In this document: positions 1-13,944 of the stretch, piece by piece
Numbering within the stretch: position 1 is the first letter of the stretch
How the letters are laid out: each line of letters starts with the position of its first letter
Origin: Camelus ferus
Lineage: Eukaryota
Assembly (NCBI RefSeq): GCF_009834535.1
Contig: NC_045697.1
Coordinates: forward strand, 101,496,001-101,560,000
Length of the DNA stretch: 64,000 nucleotides
Reading direction: 5' to 3'
The notes under the pieces: generated by a model
What the model was told of the DNA's origin: nothing
Seen by the model: the letters and a program-made list of their open reading frames with translations, nothing else
Databases searched by the model: none
Translations under genes and position numbers: made by a program

Positions 1-145
1 TCTTTTTTCTAATTACAAAATTGTTAACACTCATCTAATAAATTCTTAAAAAGCATTTTAATTAAAAACATCTATTGTAACCTACTCAGTGGTATTCACT
101 ATTAATACTTTGGTGAATTTTACCCCAATATTCACCACAATCTGT

Positions 146-1837
146 GAAGCCAAAGCCTAACCCAGAGCAAGACCCTACCTCTTTTTAATTCTGTGAAGGC
201 TGAGAGAGGTTTGGAAGCTGCAGAAAACTCTGAAACTGGCAGAGATTGGTTCATGAGGCTTAGAAGAAGCCGTCTCTGTAACAGAAAAGTACAAAATAAA
301 GCAGCAAGTGCTGATGTAGAAACTGCAGCAAGTTATCCAGAAGGTCTAGCTCAGATCACTAGTAAAAGTGTCTACAGTAAACAACAGATTTTCAATGTAG
401 ATGAAACAGCCTTCTATTGGAAGAAGATGCCGTCTAAGACTTTCATAGCTAGAGAGGAGAAGTCAATGCCTGGCTTCAAATCCTCAAAGGACAGCCTGAC
501 TCTCTTGTCAGAGTCTAATACAGCTGATGACTTTAAATTAAAGTCAGTGCTCATTGACCATTCCAAAAATCTTAGGGCCCTTAAGGATTATGCTAAAGCT
601 ACTCTGCCTGTGCTCTATCAATGGAACAATAAAGCCTGGATGACAGCACATCTTTTTATAACATATTTACAGACTATTTAAGCCTACTGTTTTGAGATCT
701 ACTGCTCAGAAAAAAGATTCTTTTCAGAATATTATTATTCATTGATAATATGCACCTGGTCACCCAAGAGCTCTGATGAAGATGTATAAGGAGATTAATA
801 TTGTTTTCATGTCTGCTAATACAACATCCATCCTACAGCCCACAGGTCAAGAAGTCATTTTGACTTTCAAGTCTTACTATTTAAGAAACACATTTTGTAA
901 GGCTCTAGCTGCCATAGATAGTGATTCCTCTGATGGATCTGGACAAAGTAAATTGAAAACCTCCTGGAAAGGACTAACCCTTCTAGATGCCATTAAGGAC
1001 ATTCATAATTCATGGGAAGAAGTCAAAATATGAACATTAACGGGAATTTGGAAGAAGTAATTCCAATCCTCACAGATGACTTTGAGGGATTCAGGACTTC
1101 AGTGGAGGAAGCAACTGCAGATGTGGTGGAGACAGAGAGAGAACGAGAACTAGAAGTGGAGCCTGAAGATGTTTCTAAATTGCTGTAACCTCATGACCAA
1201 ACTTTACTGGATGAAGAGTTGCTACTTATAGACATGCGAAGAAAGTGGTTTCCTGAGATGGAATCCAGTCAAATGATGCGAAGGCTGTTGAAATGACAAC
1301 AAAGGATTTAGAATATTACATAAACTTAATTGATAAAGCAGCAAAGGACTTTGAGAGGACTGGCTCCAATTTTGAAAGCAGTTCTACTTGTGGGTAAAAT
1401 ATTATCAAATAGCACCACATCCTACAGAGAAATTGTTCATGAAAGGAAGAGGCGATTGATGTGGCAAATTTCACTGTTGTCTTATTTTAAGAAATTGCCA
1501 CAGCCACCCCAGCCTTCAGCAACCGCCATCCTGATCAGTCAGCAGCCATCAACACTGAGGCAAATCCTCCACCAGCAAAAAGATTACAACTTGCTGAAGG
1601 CTTAGATCATGGTTGGCATTTTTTAGCAATGAAGTATTTTTAATTAAAGTGTGTATGTTGTTTTTTAGACATAATGCTCTTGCATAGTTAATAGGCTACA
1701 GTATAGCACAAATATAACTTTTATATGCACTTGGAAACCAAAAAATTCACGTAAGTCACCTTACTGTCTCCTATTGAGATATTCATTTTATTGCAGTGGC
1801 CTGGAACTGAGCCTGCAATATCTCTGAGGTAAGCCTG
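146..1837 (+). mobile_element. Tigger1 (TcMar-Tigger/pogo-like) DNA transposon, 5'-truncated, decayed transposase
   Basis: ORFs 193-681 ([17 protein letters not shown]...NNKAWMT) and 776-1033 ([21 protein letters not shown]) are pogo DDE transposase pieces broken by frameshifts and stops. The 3' end ...gcaatatctctgaggtaagcctg matches the Tigger1 right TIR and is followed by TA at 1838-1839. Confidence 0.95.
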
Positions 1838-3083
1838 TAGTCAACTATGCAAGAAATCTTTGTCGTAAGTACCAATTAATCCATCAAAACAAGTTAAAAT
1901 AGCGGTGCAAACTGTTTGTTATGCTTGCTCAAAAGATGCAGCAGCGTCTCTTGGTAAATATGCTTCTTTTATGTATGATACTTTTTTAAGGAAATATGTT
2001 AAGGAGGAGGCAACAAAAATGTGATAAAAATTGGAGTGTGTTCCTTATGTGATAGATAATATTGAATGTTTGCCACTTATTTATGAATATCTTATCCAGT
2101 AAATCTTTAATTAATTCTTTATCTGTGAAAAAAAAAGGAACATAGCAATCTCAGCAGGCCAGAAATATACAGCTACTAAGAACAAGACAGCAATTTGTAG
2201 AATCAGACCTAACCTGATGATTCTTGGGCAGAGTCTGTTATTAAAAAGCTACAGACCACATTTATACACAGTCATATCAGTGTCCTGCACTAGCTCCCTT
2301 AACCAAACACATCCTGAAGTTGTGGGAACTTTTCTGGCTATTTTTCACATAGAAAGGAAATTTTCCCCATGTAACCCTGCACTAATGTTTACTGTGCTGA
2401 ATGGTATTACTCATTAGGAAGGACGATGGGAGGCTTCCTTCTACTTGGAGCTTCAAGGTAGGTCATAAGATAAGACTTTCTGTAAAATCTGTCATTGGAT
2501 GGCTCCTGAAATAAAAGCTTTTAAGCAGCACCAGTCAGTCCTTGGCTAGATTCTATAGGCTTCCCTATTGTTCTTCCCTCGGGCGTGAACCAGTTGTGGC
2601 TTGCTCCTTGCCTGCCTTGAATCATGGCAGGTGTCAAGAATCACCTTCAACTGCTCACATGGAAGATGCTTATAGCAGGGAATACACTTTGTGAGTACTT
2701 TTTAAAAAATATTTTGAAGGTCTTTACCTAGGATAACAATCACTGCCCATCCAGGAAGCCCAGCTGTCTGATCTCTTTCTCAAGTACCACAGAAACTATA
2801 TGAAGTCTTCTACGATGTTAAGATCAGCTAATTTACAAAGAAGCAGCTCAATTTTACATGTTATAAAACCACCCATCAAAAGCCACCTATTTTCATAACT
2901 TCCAAAATCTAGAAATTTCTCAGGATATGTTTTTTATGTTTGGTAACAAAAACATACTAGATCAATTGACACTAAATAATAATCAATGGCAAATCCCTCA
3001 ACTTCCTGAACACAGCATTTCTAAATCCATCATTCTCCCAATACTAAACATATCCTACTAACACTGGATCAGTTAGAAGCAAG

Positions 3084-3660
3084 TTTTTTTTAATTTGAAG
3101 TATTGTTAGTTTACAATGTTGTGTTAATTTCAGGTGTACAGCATAGTGATTCATTTATATACAGATATATGTAAAGGAATATATATGTATTCCTTTTCAT
3201 ATTCTTTTTCATTATAGATTACAAGGTATTGAATATAGTTCCCTGTGCTATACAGTAGGACCTTACTCTTTATCTATTTTATGTATAATAGTGTGTATCT
3301 CCTAATCCCAAACTCCCACTTTATCCCTCCACCTCCCTCCCCTCTAGTAACCATAAGTTTGTTTTCTATGTCTGTGAGTCTGTTTCTGTTTTGTTAATAA
3401 GTTCATTTGTGTCATTTTTTAAGATTCCACATATAAGTGATATCATATGGTATTTTTCTTTCTCTTTCTGACTTCATTTAATATGACAATCTCCACGTTC
3501 ATCCATGTTACTGCAAATAGCATTATTTCATTCTTTTTTATGGCTGAGTAGTATTCCATTTTATATATACACACAAACCCCACATCTTCTTTATCTTCTC
3601 AGCTGTTGATTGACATTTAGGCTGCTTCCACATCCTGGCTACTGTAAATAATGCTTCTGT
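3084..3660 (-). mobile_element. L1 3' end (cetartiodactyl-type), 5'-truncated
   Basis: Poly-T then tgaagtattgttagtttacaatgttgtgttaatttcaggtgtacagc, typical of an antisense L1 3' UTR. TSD gaagcaagtt at 3076-3085 and 3661-3670. Confidence 0.9.
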
Positions 3661-3809
3661 GAAGCAAGTTCTTTTGTTCAGTAATAAATCAGAATGAACA
3701 GTTAACCCAAAACAACTTTAGGAGGGCTGCATTCCCTCAGTCCCTAACTCTCAGCCATAGGCATGAAGGGAACAGAGCTCGGCTGGCATCTTGAGCAAGT
3801 ATTATAGAA

Positions 3810-3960
3810 CAGTGCTTCTCAAATGTTAATGTGCATACAAATCACCTGGGATCTTGTTAAAATGTAGATTCTGATTCAGTAATTCTGGAGTGTAGTCTGA
3901 AATTCTAACAAGCTCTCAGGGCACACTGAGGCTGCTAGGCTGTGGACCACACCAAGGGGC
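3810..3960. mobile_element. MER5A-like hAT-Charlie MITE
   Basis: cagtgcttctcaaatgttaatgtgcatacaaatcacctgggatcttgttaaaatgtagattctgattcag resembles MER5A. Confidence 0.75.
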
Positions 3961-4169
3961 AAAGTAGTTGGGTTCTTGAGTGGAGAAAACATCCCTCTAA
4001 GCATGACAATATCCAAATCAAGAATGCTTCCATTCTGTCAGTATATTATTTACAAGCAGTTTTGGAGCTAGAAGATCATTAAGGAGTGGGACTTTAGAAT
4101 AAAAAGGTCAGAGGTTTTTGTAAGCCCCCGAATGATTCATTCCCAGTGCAGAGCTTTAAAACCACAAGC

Positions 4170-4310
4170 TCATTCCTTTTTTCACTTATTCATTCATGTA
4201 CATGAAATATATTGAGTTTCTACTATGTGGCAGGCACTGGGCTAGATTCCAGAGTACAGTGTTGACCAGACAAAATCCTAGTTTTAAGAAACTCACCATT
4301 TCACCGAAAA
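4170..4310 (-). mobile_element. L2 3' end fragment
   Basis: attcattcatgtacatgaaatatattgagtttctactatgtggcaggcactgggctag is a reverse-complement L2 tail. Confidence 0.65.
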
Positions 4311-4659
4311 ATCATGTATTACAAGACAAAGGCAAACATCTATATTTGCACATAAGGAAGAATGAAAATACAAAGGAGAAAATGTTTCACTCTGCAAGAT
4401 GGGATGAGGCAGACAGCTCAAGGAAGAGTTCCTAGTAAAAATCAATAATGATTTTTTTTGATAACTCAATTTGTTCTGGGTACTGATCTAAGCACTTCTG
4501 CTCTCACCATGACCCTTTTATGATTGGTGATCTTTTTATAGCTGAGGAAACAAAGGCAGAGGTGAAATTATGTGATTTTCCCAGTAAATAACTCATTGAT
4601 GATAGAGCTAGAAGCAGGAGTCCGCCTAGTGTCCCCACAAATACCATTTACCAGTATTT

Positions 4660-5058
4660 CCCACAAGGGAAACATTACTAATGATCACCAAGATTTCTGG
4701 TTCTCCTTTCCTTCAGGGCACTTTCTTCTTTGACTATAGGCATGGACACATGCTGTTGAAAAGGGATCAGAAGTGACATGTGTCACTTCCAGGCAGGAGC
4801 ATTTAATAGCCAGTCCACAATTCTCCATGCTCTCTTCGCCCTTCCCAGTGGTCATGAGAGCACTTGTTGTTGTGGGGTTGCTACAAGATGGAAAGATCCT
4901 GGGGGATGCTGAACCTCCACAAAAAAGACATCATCCCAAGATCATCTCCCAGACCCATGCAGAATCTTGGAAGCACAAGAAATAAATTTTTATTGCCTCA
5001 AGTCACACAGATTTTGATGATGTTACTGTAGCCTAACTTGGCCTGTCTTGATAATACA
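4660..5058 (+). mobile_element. MaLR solo LTR (MLT1 family, old)
   Basis: gaagtgacatgtgtcacttccaggc core, then aagaaataaa and ...gttactgtagcctaacttggcctgtcttgataataca, an MLT1-type 3' end. Confidence 0.7.
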
Positions 5059-5695
5059 TTCCAGGAGAGATGATGTGCAAATTATCTTGCAAACTTAGTG
5101 TGAGGTGAAGTCACCAGAGGAGGGGAGAGCGTGCTGGGAAGGAGACTCAAAGTGGGCATAGGAGACGTTCTGAGGCTTTAAACAGGATGGTAAATTTAGG
5201 AAACTTCAGGTAGTCAAACTTTTCTGGAGAACAAGGATGTTATGCTGGAGGAGAGAGGAACGGTAAAGGTCTTAGACCCCTCTGAAATGAAGAGAAGGCC
5301 TGAAAATCTGGGGAGTGTCCGTCAGGCCTGCACATGGTGGAAGTTAATTAGATTCAACTCCAGGTTAAATCCAAGAAATGAGTTTCTGTAGAGGAAATCG
5401 GAGAAAGCACTAAGCTAGGAAGAGAGGTCAGCCACAAATCAGGAGGTAGAACAGAGAGAACAGAGGCAAAGAAGCAAAACAAACAAAGCCAGAGGAACTG
5501 GGAGATACAGGAGTGGGAGGATGGGTTCAAGCCAAAGAAAGAAATATGTGTTTATCTGCAGGCTAGGCTCCCCTCACTCACACACTAGCACATGTGCTCT
5601 CGGGTTTGCCTTCCCCACATGCCCTCATCTGGATGATGCCCACTAACCAGGCTCAAAGATGTGGTCTCCCCACCTCTTCACTCCCCATGCTCTGA

Positions 5696-5743
5696 CTGGC
5701 ACACCCCGCCCACCTGGCACACCTCGCCCACCTGGCACACCTC
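5696..5743 (+). repeat. 18-bp minisatellite, about 2.7 copies (ctggcacaccYcgcccac)
   Basis: Directly visible tandem units; explains the GTPRPP repeats in ORF 5659-5847. Confidence 0.9.
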
Positions 5744-6179
5744 CATCTTCACAGAGTTCCTTCACTTCTATCACTACATTAATCCAAGGGCATTTTAATT
5801 GTCCATTCATTTGTCTGGCTCCCAAACAAACTTCTTTAGGAGACTGACTGCACCTAATTTACTTTTGCAATTCCAAGGCCAAGCTCGGAGCTTAGTCCAT
5901 AGTAATCACATAAATCCAGGGTAAATCTGTAGTAAATCCAGGGAAAGTATTTCCCCTGAATGTTTGTATATGACATAGGAGCTCAGAAGCAGGTCTCAGA
6001 TAAAGATTAAAATTTGGCCATCTTTAGTGAATTCACTCCTTTAACAAATATTTACAAGTGCTTATTATGCTAAGTGATGGGTATTCTGGTGACCAACAAA
6101 GATGCAGTGTCCGTTTTGATGATACTTGGCTACTCATGTTAGAGAAGATGTTAATTAACACACATGTCATTATAAACAG

Positions 6180-7010
6180 CTCTTGTCAAGATCTCTAAGG
6201 ACCTCTACATTGCTAACTCTAAGGCTCGATTCCCAGTCCTGGTCTTCCTTGCCCCATCAGTAGGATTTGACACAGTCAATCACTTTCCTTCTTGAAGCAG
6301 GATTCCCACATTCCCCTGGCTTTGCTTTTGCCTTGATCCATCTCATTAAATGGTTCCTCTTTACCTCTCAAACTCTAAAAGTGGGTGTTCCCAAGGATGT
6401 CTTCTTTTTCCTTCCACATTCACTCCCTAGCTATGATCTTATCATCTCATCAAGACTTATGGCTTTCAATGCCATCTGTAAGCTGAGGGCACCCAAGATA
6501 CATTTTCAGTCCAAACCTCTCCATCAAAATCTAGATGCTTACATCCCAACTGGCTTCTCAACCTCTCTACTTGGGTGTCTAATAAACATCTCAGACAAAA
6601 CATGTCCAAAAGTGAGTTTTCATTATTTTCCACATGGCTAGGTCCTCCTAAAGTCTTCCCATCTCAGGTCATTGCAAATCCCCTCTTGCAGTTCCTCAGG
6701 ACAAAAATTTTGGTCTCATCCTTATCTCCCTACATCTTGTCCATTAGCAATCTTACCTTCAAAACATATTCCTAATTTTACTACTTCTTACCACCCTTCC
6801 TGCCACCATCCTGGTCCCAGTCAATGCTATTTCATATCTGAATTATTTCAGTAGCCTCCTAACTGATCTTGCAGTTTTTGCACTCACTGTCTTTTCTTCA
6901 CACAGCTACCATAATGACCTTGTTAGGTCAGATCATGTCAGTCTTCTAAACTCTACAGTTATTCTTTATTTCATATAGATTAATCACCAAAATCCTTCCA
7001 ATGACTGTAA
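6180..7010 (+). mobile_element. L2 ORF2/3' region, decayed
   Basis: gatttgacacagtcaatcactttccttcttgaa (AFDTVDH-like RT motif), gtgggtgttcccaagg (GVPQG-like), and downstream L2-like ctcctaactgatct and gatcatgtca. Confidence 0.8.
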
Positions 7011-9189
7011 CCCTCCAAATGATTGGGATGAAATATGGTCTATTCTGGAAAATATTCTATAATTTTAGAATTTAAAGTACTTTTCTAAAATTCATCTCCC
7101 ATAAAAAATAAAAGAAAACGAAAGACAGAACTAACTATTCAGCAAAGACCCATGATATCTTCTTTCTTTATCTATATTTTCTGGATCACAGCATTAAAGC
7201 AATTGAATGGAAATGGATCTATTCTCTTTTAGAAATACCTGGGGAAAAAATCATTGTTCTTTGTCCTTTAAAGGCTATTGTGAGTCCATTTATATAGTTC
7301 CACAGCATCTCTTCCTTATTTAGGCAACATCAGAATTGCAAAGTAATCAGCTGGAGCAGAGATGTAAACAAAGTGGAAAAACCTACTTCAGCTGATGGAG
7401 TTCAAAAAGCATCATTTAAGTCAATTTCTCAGCAGAATTTTTTGTGCTATTTATTTCCTCTTACTATTCATTGCTAACCTACAAGTATTTACAACTTACC
7501 TCATACTAAATAAGAAACTCATTTTCTACTCTGATCTGAGACTAGGGTGAGTGTATATGCTGAGTATACGTAAATATGTTAAAGACAGAAAGAAAGACAC
7601 AAAGAGGTAGGGAGGGAGAGATGGGAAAAAATTAATCCACGAGAAGAAAAGGTAGTAGGCAGGCCCAATCTTTGTACAATATGGATAGTCAGACACCTAA
7701 AAAGGCCAACTAGGGTGGGGGAGGTGGGGGCAAAACAGAGCTAAAGCAGACATATAAAGGTGTTTCTCCCACCATTCCACTCACTGATACCCAAAGGAAA
7801 CAACAAAGATTAAAAAGAGAAAGAAGAAAAAAACTATTGATACTAGGAAACACCACAGCCTCAAGCCAGAATCTATTTAAAATAGCCACCAAATTTAAGA
7901 CCAAGTCAAGAAAGGATATTAAGAGAGAACATATTTCCATGTAGACCTCAGGCACCCTAAGGAGCTCTCCAAAAATTAAGTGGCAAACCAAGAGGAAGCA
8001 AGCCAATGACCCTTGCTTTGAGCTAGGAATACAGGAAGACTAGGTGAGCATCCGTCATCTAAGAGCCCAGAGTGGCAGAAGAGGCACAGCTAAACGAGGA
8101 GCCAGACTCACGCCACATTTGCAGAAGCAGGTGTGGGAGGAGAGGAGGAGGCAGGAGTGTAGCTGCTGACCCAGATCTGCAGAAGGAGAGAAAATGCCAG
8201 ATCATGATGCAAAAGAACTGGGGATTCAGGCTTGTCTTTGAGTTCTAGGAATCCCTGCCTGATGCAGCCAGTGCTCTCTATTCATTCAGCAGAGTTTCTG
8301 CCCTTGCTCTGAGCTACTAGCACAAAGCATTTATCTTCCTGGAGCTTCTTTGTGTATCTCAGAGGCAATGGCACAAGAAGCCACAGTACAGCTGACTGGT
8401 ACACCAAATGGCCAGCAGAGGCAGTAGCACAAACCCACCACCACCAAATACCAATGGAGTTAGTTATATCTCAATGGTCTGTGTTTGTGTATACTCCAAC
8501 GGCGCGTGCCCTGCTTGCTGAATTCCAGAGGGAGGTGTTATTAGGTTATGTCTGGAAAGCGTTGAGATAAGTGAGGCAGGTTACTGCTGGTCCACTTTCA
8601 GATTTAACAGCAAGCTAAACTCTGCTCATTGTACATGCATAACTAGCAAGTTTCAAGGTAAAAGCTGGAAGGTCTGTCAAATGCCAGGTTTACTGTAATG
8701 CAAATGTTTATAAAACATCTTTAAAATATGGAAAAGCTGAGGCAAATGCAAAGTCAGACAGGATTCCAGGGCAGCAGATAGTCATCTATGGTCAGCTTTT
8801 AGGCATAAAAGAGTCAACTCAGTTTTAAGGCAGAAAATTAGGCTGGCCTTAAAATTATCCATAGCAATGTTAATACCAGAATATAAGGAAGCATTTAACA
8901 AAGTTGCCATAAAAATAACACATAACACTAAAAGTGTTATAAAGGCAGATGTTGTCAAATGTGAAGAATTTGAGGAATATAGTACCCATGAGCCATTTCT
9001 GATACCACCTGGTAAAATTCAACCAAACCAGTGATGGACAGAGGAGCCAATGAAAAAGGCCGTGATGGAAATACTGAATTCATGGAATTACATAGCATTT
9101 GACAAGGCATGGTAGACAGTCTGTAAAGGGTACTGTCATGAATTTGTGCACACACACAAAAAAAATACATAAAGCAAACTAATACAGCA

Positions 9190-9720
9190 AAAGCTGTAGG
9201 AAACACAAGGGAAATAGTCACAAAATAGAAAGATTTTAACTTTCTCATACTGTGAGAAATCAAGGAGACAAAAAAACAGTAAGAATCTGAAGAACCTAAA
9301 TAACAATAAGATAGCTCTAATAGATACTCACTAGTGTTGGAGAAGTCCACGTTCTCTTCTCAGATGTCCAAGGACGTTTATCAAAGTGCACATGTACTGA
9401 CTGAACCACAGAGAAAAAAACCCAGGCCTACAGATCACATTTTAAAATGATTTGCAGTAGGCAGCTGGGAGGTGGGGTGAGAGATTCTGCATTGCTCTCC
9501 ACACTCCAGATGAGACCAATGCAGCTGATTTAAGAACCGATTTGAGTAACAAAATCTTAACTAAACCTGGAGTCAAGGAGAAAAATAAAACCATGATCTC
9601 AGAACATACCACTGAAGAATTATGAGCTCAACCCTATTCAAATAAATACGAAAACCTGGGTGTAATTGCTATGTGCTAGGAAATATAAAGAACCAAAAAA
9701 GGATTCTAAAAGAGAGGTAA
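9190..9720 (+). mobile_element. Ancient L1 (L1M) endonuclease-region fragment interrupted by a MER5-like piece (~9420-9550)
   Basis: gattttaactttctc...agacaaaaaaacagtaagaatctgaagaacctaaataac resembles L1 ORF2 EN; attctgcattgctctcc...tttgagtaacaa resembles MER5. Confidence 0.5.
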
Positions 9721-9849
9721 ATATAAATATATCATTACTGAACAAAAGTATTGATAATGGATATTTAAAAATATATCTTTTAGAATAAAATGTCTCTCCA
9801 TGTCATTTGCAGATTTTGTAATCTGGTTTTTGGAATTTTCCTCTTCATT

Positions 9850-10560
9850 AAAAAAATTGAGATATAATCCACATACTACAAAATTCATCTTTTTAAAGTA
9901 TCCAATTCAGTGTTTTTCAGTATATTTACAAAATTGTGCAACCATTATCACATCTAATTCTAAGTATAAAATTTCAAATTTTCATCACTCCAAAAAGAAA
10001 TTCTGTACATATTAGCAGCTTCTCCCCACTGCCCCCTCTTCTCAGCTGCTGGCAACCACTAGCTTACTTTCTGTCTCTGTGGATTTGCCTATGGTGGACG
10101 TGTCATATAGAGGGAATTGTACAATTCATGGTCTATTATGTCTGGCTTATTTCACACAGCATAATGTTTTCGAGGTTTATCCATGCTGTAGCATGTATCA
10201 GAAGTTCATTTCTTCTTATTGTCAAATAATATCCCATTGTTTAAATAGATCACATTTTGTTTATTCATTTGTCAGTTGATGAGCATTTGGGCTGTTGCCA
10301 GTTTTCTGGTCATTTTGAATATTAGTGCATGAGTTTTGGGGTGGACATATGTTTTCAGTTCTCTTGGATACATAACCAGGAATAGAATTGCTGGGTCTTA
10401 TGGTAACTCTATGCTGAACATTTTGAAGAACTGCCAGACTATTTTCCAAAGCACTGCACTATTTTACATTCACACTGAAATGTAGGAGGAGTCCAGTTTC
10501 TCTCTAACCTCACTTACTATTGTGTCTTTTTGATTATAGCCATCTTAGTGAATGTACAGC
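9850..10560 (-). mobile_element. L1MB-like 3' end
   Basis: ttgagatataatccacatac...gtatccaattcagtg...gaattgctgggtcttatggtaactctatg...aactgccagactattttccaaag; ORF 10261-10449(-) MENSLAVLQ is the L1 ORF2 C-terminus. Confidence 0.85.
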
Positions 10561-10649
10561 TTTTTCTATATTTTTGAAAGTTTTTTATGTATTAGACATA
10601 TTAGTTCTTTTTCTAAATATGTTTTGTTAATATTATCTTCCTATTTATC

Positions 10650-10750
10650 ACTTTATATATAAAATAGATAAACAACAAGGTCCTACTGTATAGCATGGGG
10701 AGCTATATTCAATATCTTGTTATGAACTATGATGGTAAAGAAAAAAAGCA
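10650..10750 (+). mobile_element. Short L1 3' UTR fragment
   Basis: tatataaaatagataaacaacaaggtcctactgtatagcatggggagctatattcaatatcttgt followed by an A-rich tail. Confidence 0.75.
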
Positions 10751-10759
10751 CACCTTTGT

Positions 10760-12780
10760 TTCAGTGTTATCTCCAGATCTGAACTTTCTTTTGATTCTGC
10801 CACACCATTTATGTGCCGTTAATTTACTGTTTTAATTACAGAAGTTTCTTTTCTATTTAATATCTGGAAGGCTAGACTCACATTTTCCATAAACTTTCTA
10901 TTTCAGTATTTTCTTAACTATTCTCTTATGTTTATTTTTGCACATGAATTTTGGTATTAACTTGTCTAGCTTCAGGGGGAAAAGCTGGTTGTTTGGTTCA
11001 CTTTTTATTGGGAATTTATTAAATTAATAAATTAACTTACCGAGCAATGGCATCTTTGTGATGCTAAGTAATCCTATCCAAAAACAAGAAATTGCTTTTC
11101 ATTTATTCAAGTCTAAGTTTGTGTCTTTCAAAATGTTTTGGAGTATTTTTTATATAAATTTTACATGTTATTGTAAGGTCTATCTTAAATATTTTTATCT
11201 TCTTTTATTGTGCATGGGGCTTCTCAGCCATTATATCTTATCCTGGCTAATTTATGTATGTGAAGACTACTGATTTCTGTGTGCTAATTATATATCTTGT
11301 TGCATATGTGAATTATTTTATTGTTTGAGTTATCATTAATCATCATCATAAAAGCTGAGTGTATTGCTGATTCTCTAGAATTTTCAGGTATGTTGTCACA
11401 TTATGTGCAAATAGAAAAAAAATAGTTTTACTTCTTTTCTAATTTTTATGCTCCTAATAGATTTCTCTTGTCTAATTGCATTGGCCAATATGTCCAGTAC
11501 AGTGTTAAATAATAATATTCTTTTTTTCATATTTTTAGTGGAAATGTTACTAGTGTTTCACCATTAGGTAAAATACTGGCTTTAGGACTAATAAATATAG
11601 ATATAGATAGGTTGATGTAAAATTATATATGCATGTAATTTATGTATCACATAAAAATATAATTATATATAAATTCATGTTAAGTAAGTATACATCAATT
11701 CCTATTTTTTATGCTTTACTTTTTTCTCTAGAGTGGAGGTTGAGATTTGCCAAAGACTTTTCAACATTTATGGAGATAATCATATGATTTGTCTTGTTAG
11801 AACTTTATATGGTGTGTTTTATTAGTGAATCTCCTAAGTTTTAAATCTGTCTGGCATTCCTAGAATGAATTCCATTTGGTCCCAGTATATTATCTTCTGA
11901 ATGTGTTGTTGAATTCAGTACACTAACATTTATTTAGGATATTTACATCAATATCAGTGATATTGATCCATGATTATTTTCTTTTGTACTGTTTTTTATC
12001 AGAGTTAGAGATCAGTATTTTACATGTTAAAAAAAAGAAATGTAAAGTTCTCAAATAATTTCCATCCTTTGGAATAATTGTTGTTTTTGGTGTTGCAGAT
12101 GTTATGTTCCTTCATCCCTAAATAATTCCACATGCACACTCTGAAAATAAAGACATGATCATAATTCAATAATTATCTAATATCTAGTTCATATTCAAAT
12201 TTATTCACTTGTTCTCAAAATACCTTTTATAATTTTTTTGAATCAAGATTCAATTAAGTTTTCACATCACATTTGATTGGGCTTTTTTTTAGCTTCATTG
12301 AGGTATAATTGAAGTCATAAAAAATCGAAACCATTTTTATAGCATTAGGACTATCTGGTCTTTAAAGTTTTGTCAGAATTTCCCTGTAAAACCATCCAAG
12401 CTCAATGTTTTCTAGTGGGGTAATTCCTCTACAACTTTAGTAATTGGTCTGCTTAAACTTTCTATCTGAATGGAAGCATAATTGGTAAAGTTAATTTCAT
12501 AGAAAATTAGCCATTTATGTTTTCAAATATATCTTCATAGAGGAGGTCTGCAAGATAATCTATGATTTTTTATTTTACACACAAAAATTATTCTGTCTTG
12601 TTTCTTATTTTGTATATTTGTGCTTTCTCACTATTTTGCCATTTTTTATTCTGTGCATTTGTGTTTCTCAATTTTTTTCTTGATTAAGGTAGCCAGTGCT
12701 TTGTTAATTTTGTTCAAATCACTGGCTACCTTAGTCAAGAAAAAATGCTCACTTACATATTTTGTAGTTTCTGCTTTTTA
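10760..12780 (-). mobile_element. Ancient L1 (L1M/L1ME) ORF2, highly decayed, with interruptions
   Basis: Antisense L1 ORF2 phrases: gatttctgtgtgctaattatatatc, ttgtctaattgcattggcc, cattcctagaatgaattccatttggtc, cctgtaaaaccatc. Confidence 0.75.
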
Positions 12781-12804
12781 TTCAGGTAGAAATAATAGAT
12801 AATA

Positions 12805-13230
12805 GCTAGTGTCCCCTAATATTCATCCTGCCATTCTACTTCTCCATTAGAACCTCTGATTTTTAGCTTCTGGACAATACAATGTAAGTGGAAGTGGTAT
12901 TTGCATATCCAGGAAACGTCCTTAAAAAATATACATATATACACATATATACATATATACTTCTCCTCTCTTCTCATATTTGCTGTCTAGAGTGCAAGTG
13001 AAATGCCTGGAGCTGCAGCAGCCATCTTGGAGATGAAAGGCTCTTGACTATGGAAGTCAGACAGGGTAGTACAAGAAGCTTAGGTAGAGCCTGATAAAAA
13101 GAAGGCACCATGCACACTTAGGACTGTCTACTCCAGAATTCTATCCAAAAGAGGAATTCACTTCTATTATGTTTAAATAACTGTTATTTTTGGATTTTTC
13201 TATCAAATATAACAAAAAATTATGATTCAG
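12805..13230 (+). mobile_element. MaLR LTR (MLT1J/K-like)
   Basis: atgcctggagctgcagcagccatcttgg core and a 3' tatgtttaaataactgttatttttgg segment. Confidence 0.65.
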
Positions 13231-13944
13231 GCAGTATAGAAATATATCTATGACTTTGTTTATCATAGTACTATTCAGACAAATGCTCCCACAGTTGTCT
13301 ATGACAGTTCAAGTCAAATGTATATTTATTAAAATGTTCTTGCAAAAGTATCTGAAACTTATTTGCCAGGAAAAATATTTCTTAAATATTTGTCTATTCA
13401 GCAATCACTTCTTAATTGAAATTGGTTAGTGGTTGAAATTACTTAATTTGGATATCTTAGACCACCAAATATATAGTCTTGATCAGCAGGGTTTTGTTTG
13501 TTTGTTTGCTCTGTTTTGGTTTGTTTTATTTTCTAAAGGGACATACTCAATAACTTTCAAAATCAGATTCTTTGGCTACCCAGTGTAACTATTATTTAAA
13601 TCAGGATTAAATGGGGATTCCCTCCAGAGGCACTCCTGAGATGTTGCTGTAGTTCACAATGCCTCATTTCTCAAGAGGCCCACAGCATGAGGAAGATGAT
13701 TCTGTATTTATAGATTGTATTGTTTTGAAATACTGAACTGACATAGGATTTTAATATTAGCAAAAACAGAATCAATTCTTTCATTAAGATTAAATGGTGT
13801 GAATCTAATAGTATCACTATCCAAATCCATCTAACTCATATTTCTGAAATGCCAGTGGCCAAAAGTTAAACCTGACTTCACTTTCATAGTAAATAGAGTT
13901 GACCAGGAAGGATCTCAAACGTAGAATTTAAAAACACACTAAAG

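Noticed and set aside
193..1605. Transposase-like ORFs as a domesticated TIGD-type gene or an active transposon
   Set aside because: The reading frame is split by stops and frameshifts, the 5' end and left TIR are missing, and the 162-aa ORF starts at GTG; this is an ordinary Tigger1 fossil.
5643..5847. Proline/glycine repeat peptides (GTPRPP, GGRGVP)
   Set aside because: These are translations of an 18-bp minisatellite.
8408..8428. CTCF-like motif tggccagcagaggcagtag
   Set aside because: It lacks one core G relative to the consensus and cannot be distinguished from chance without data.
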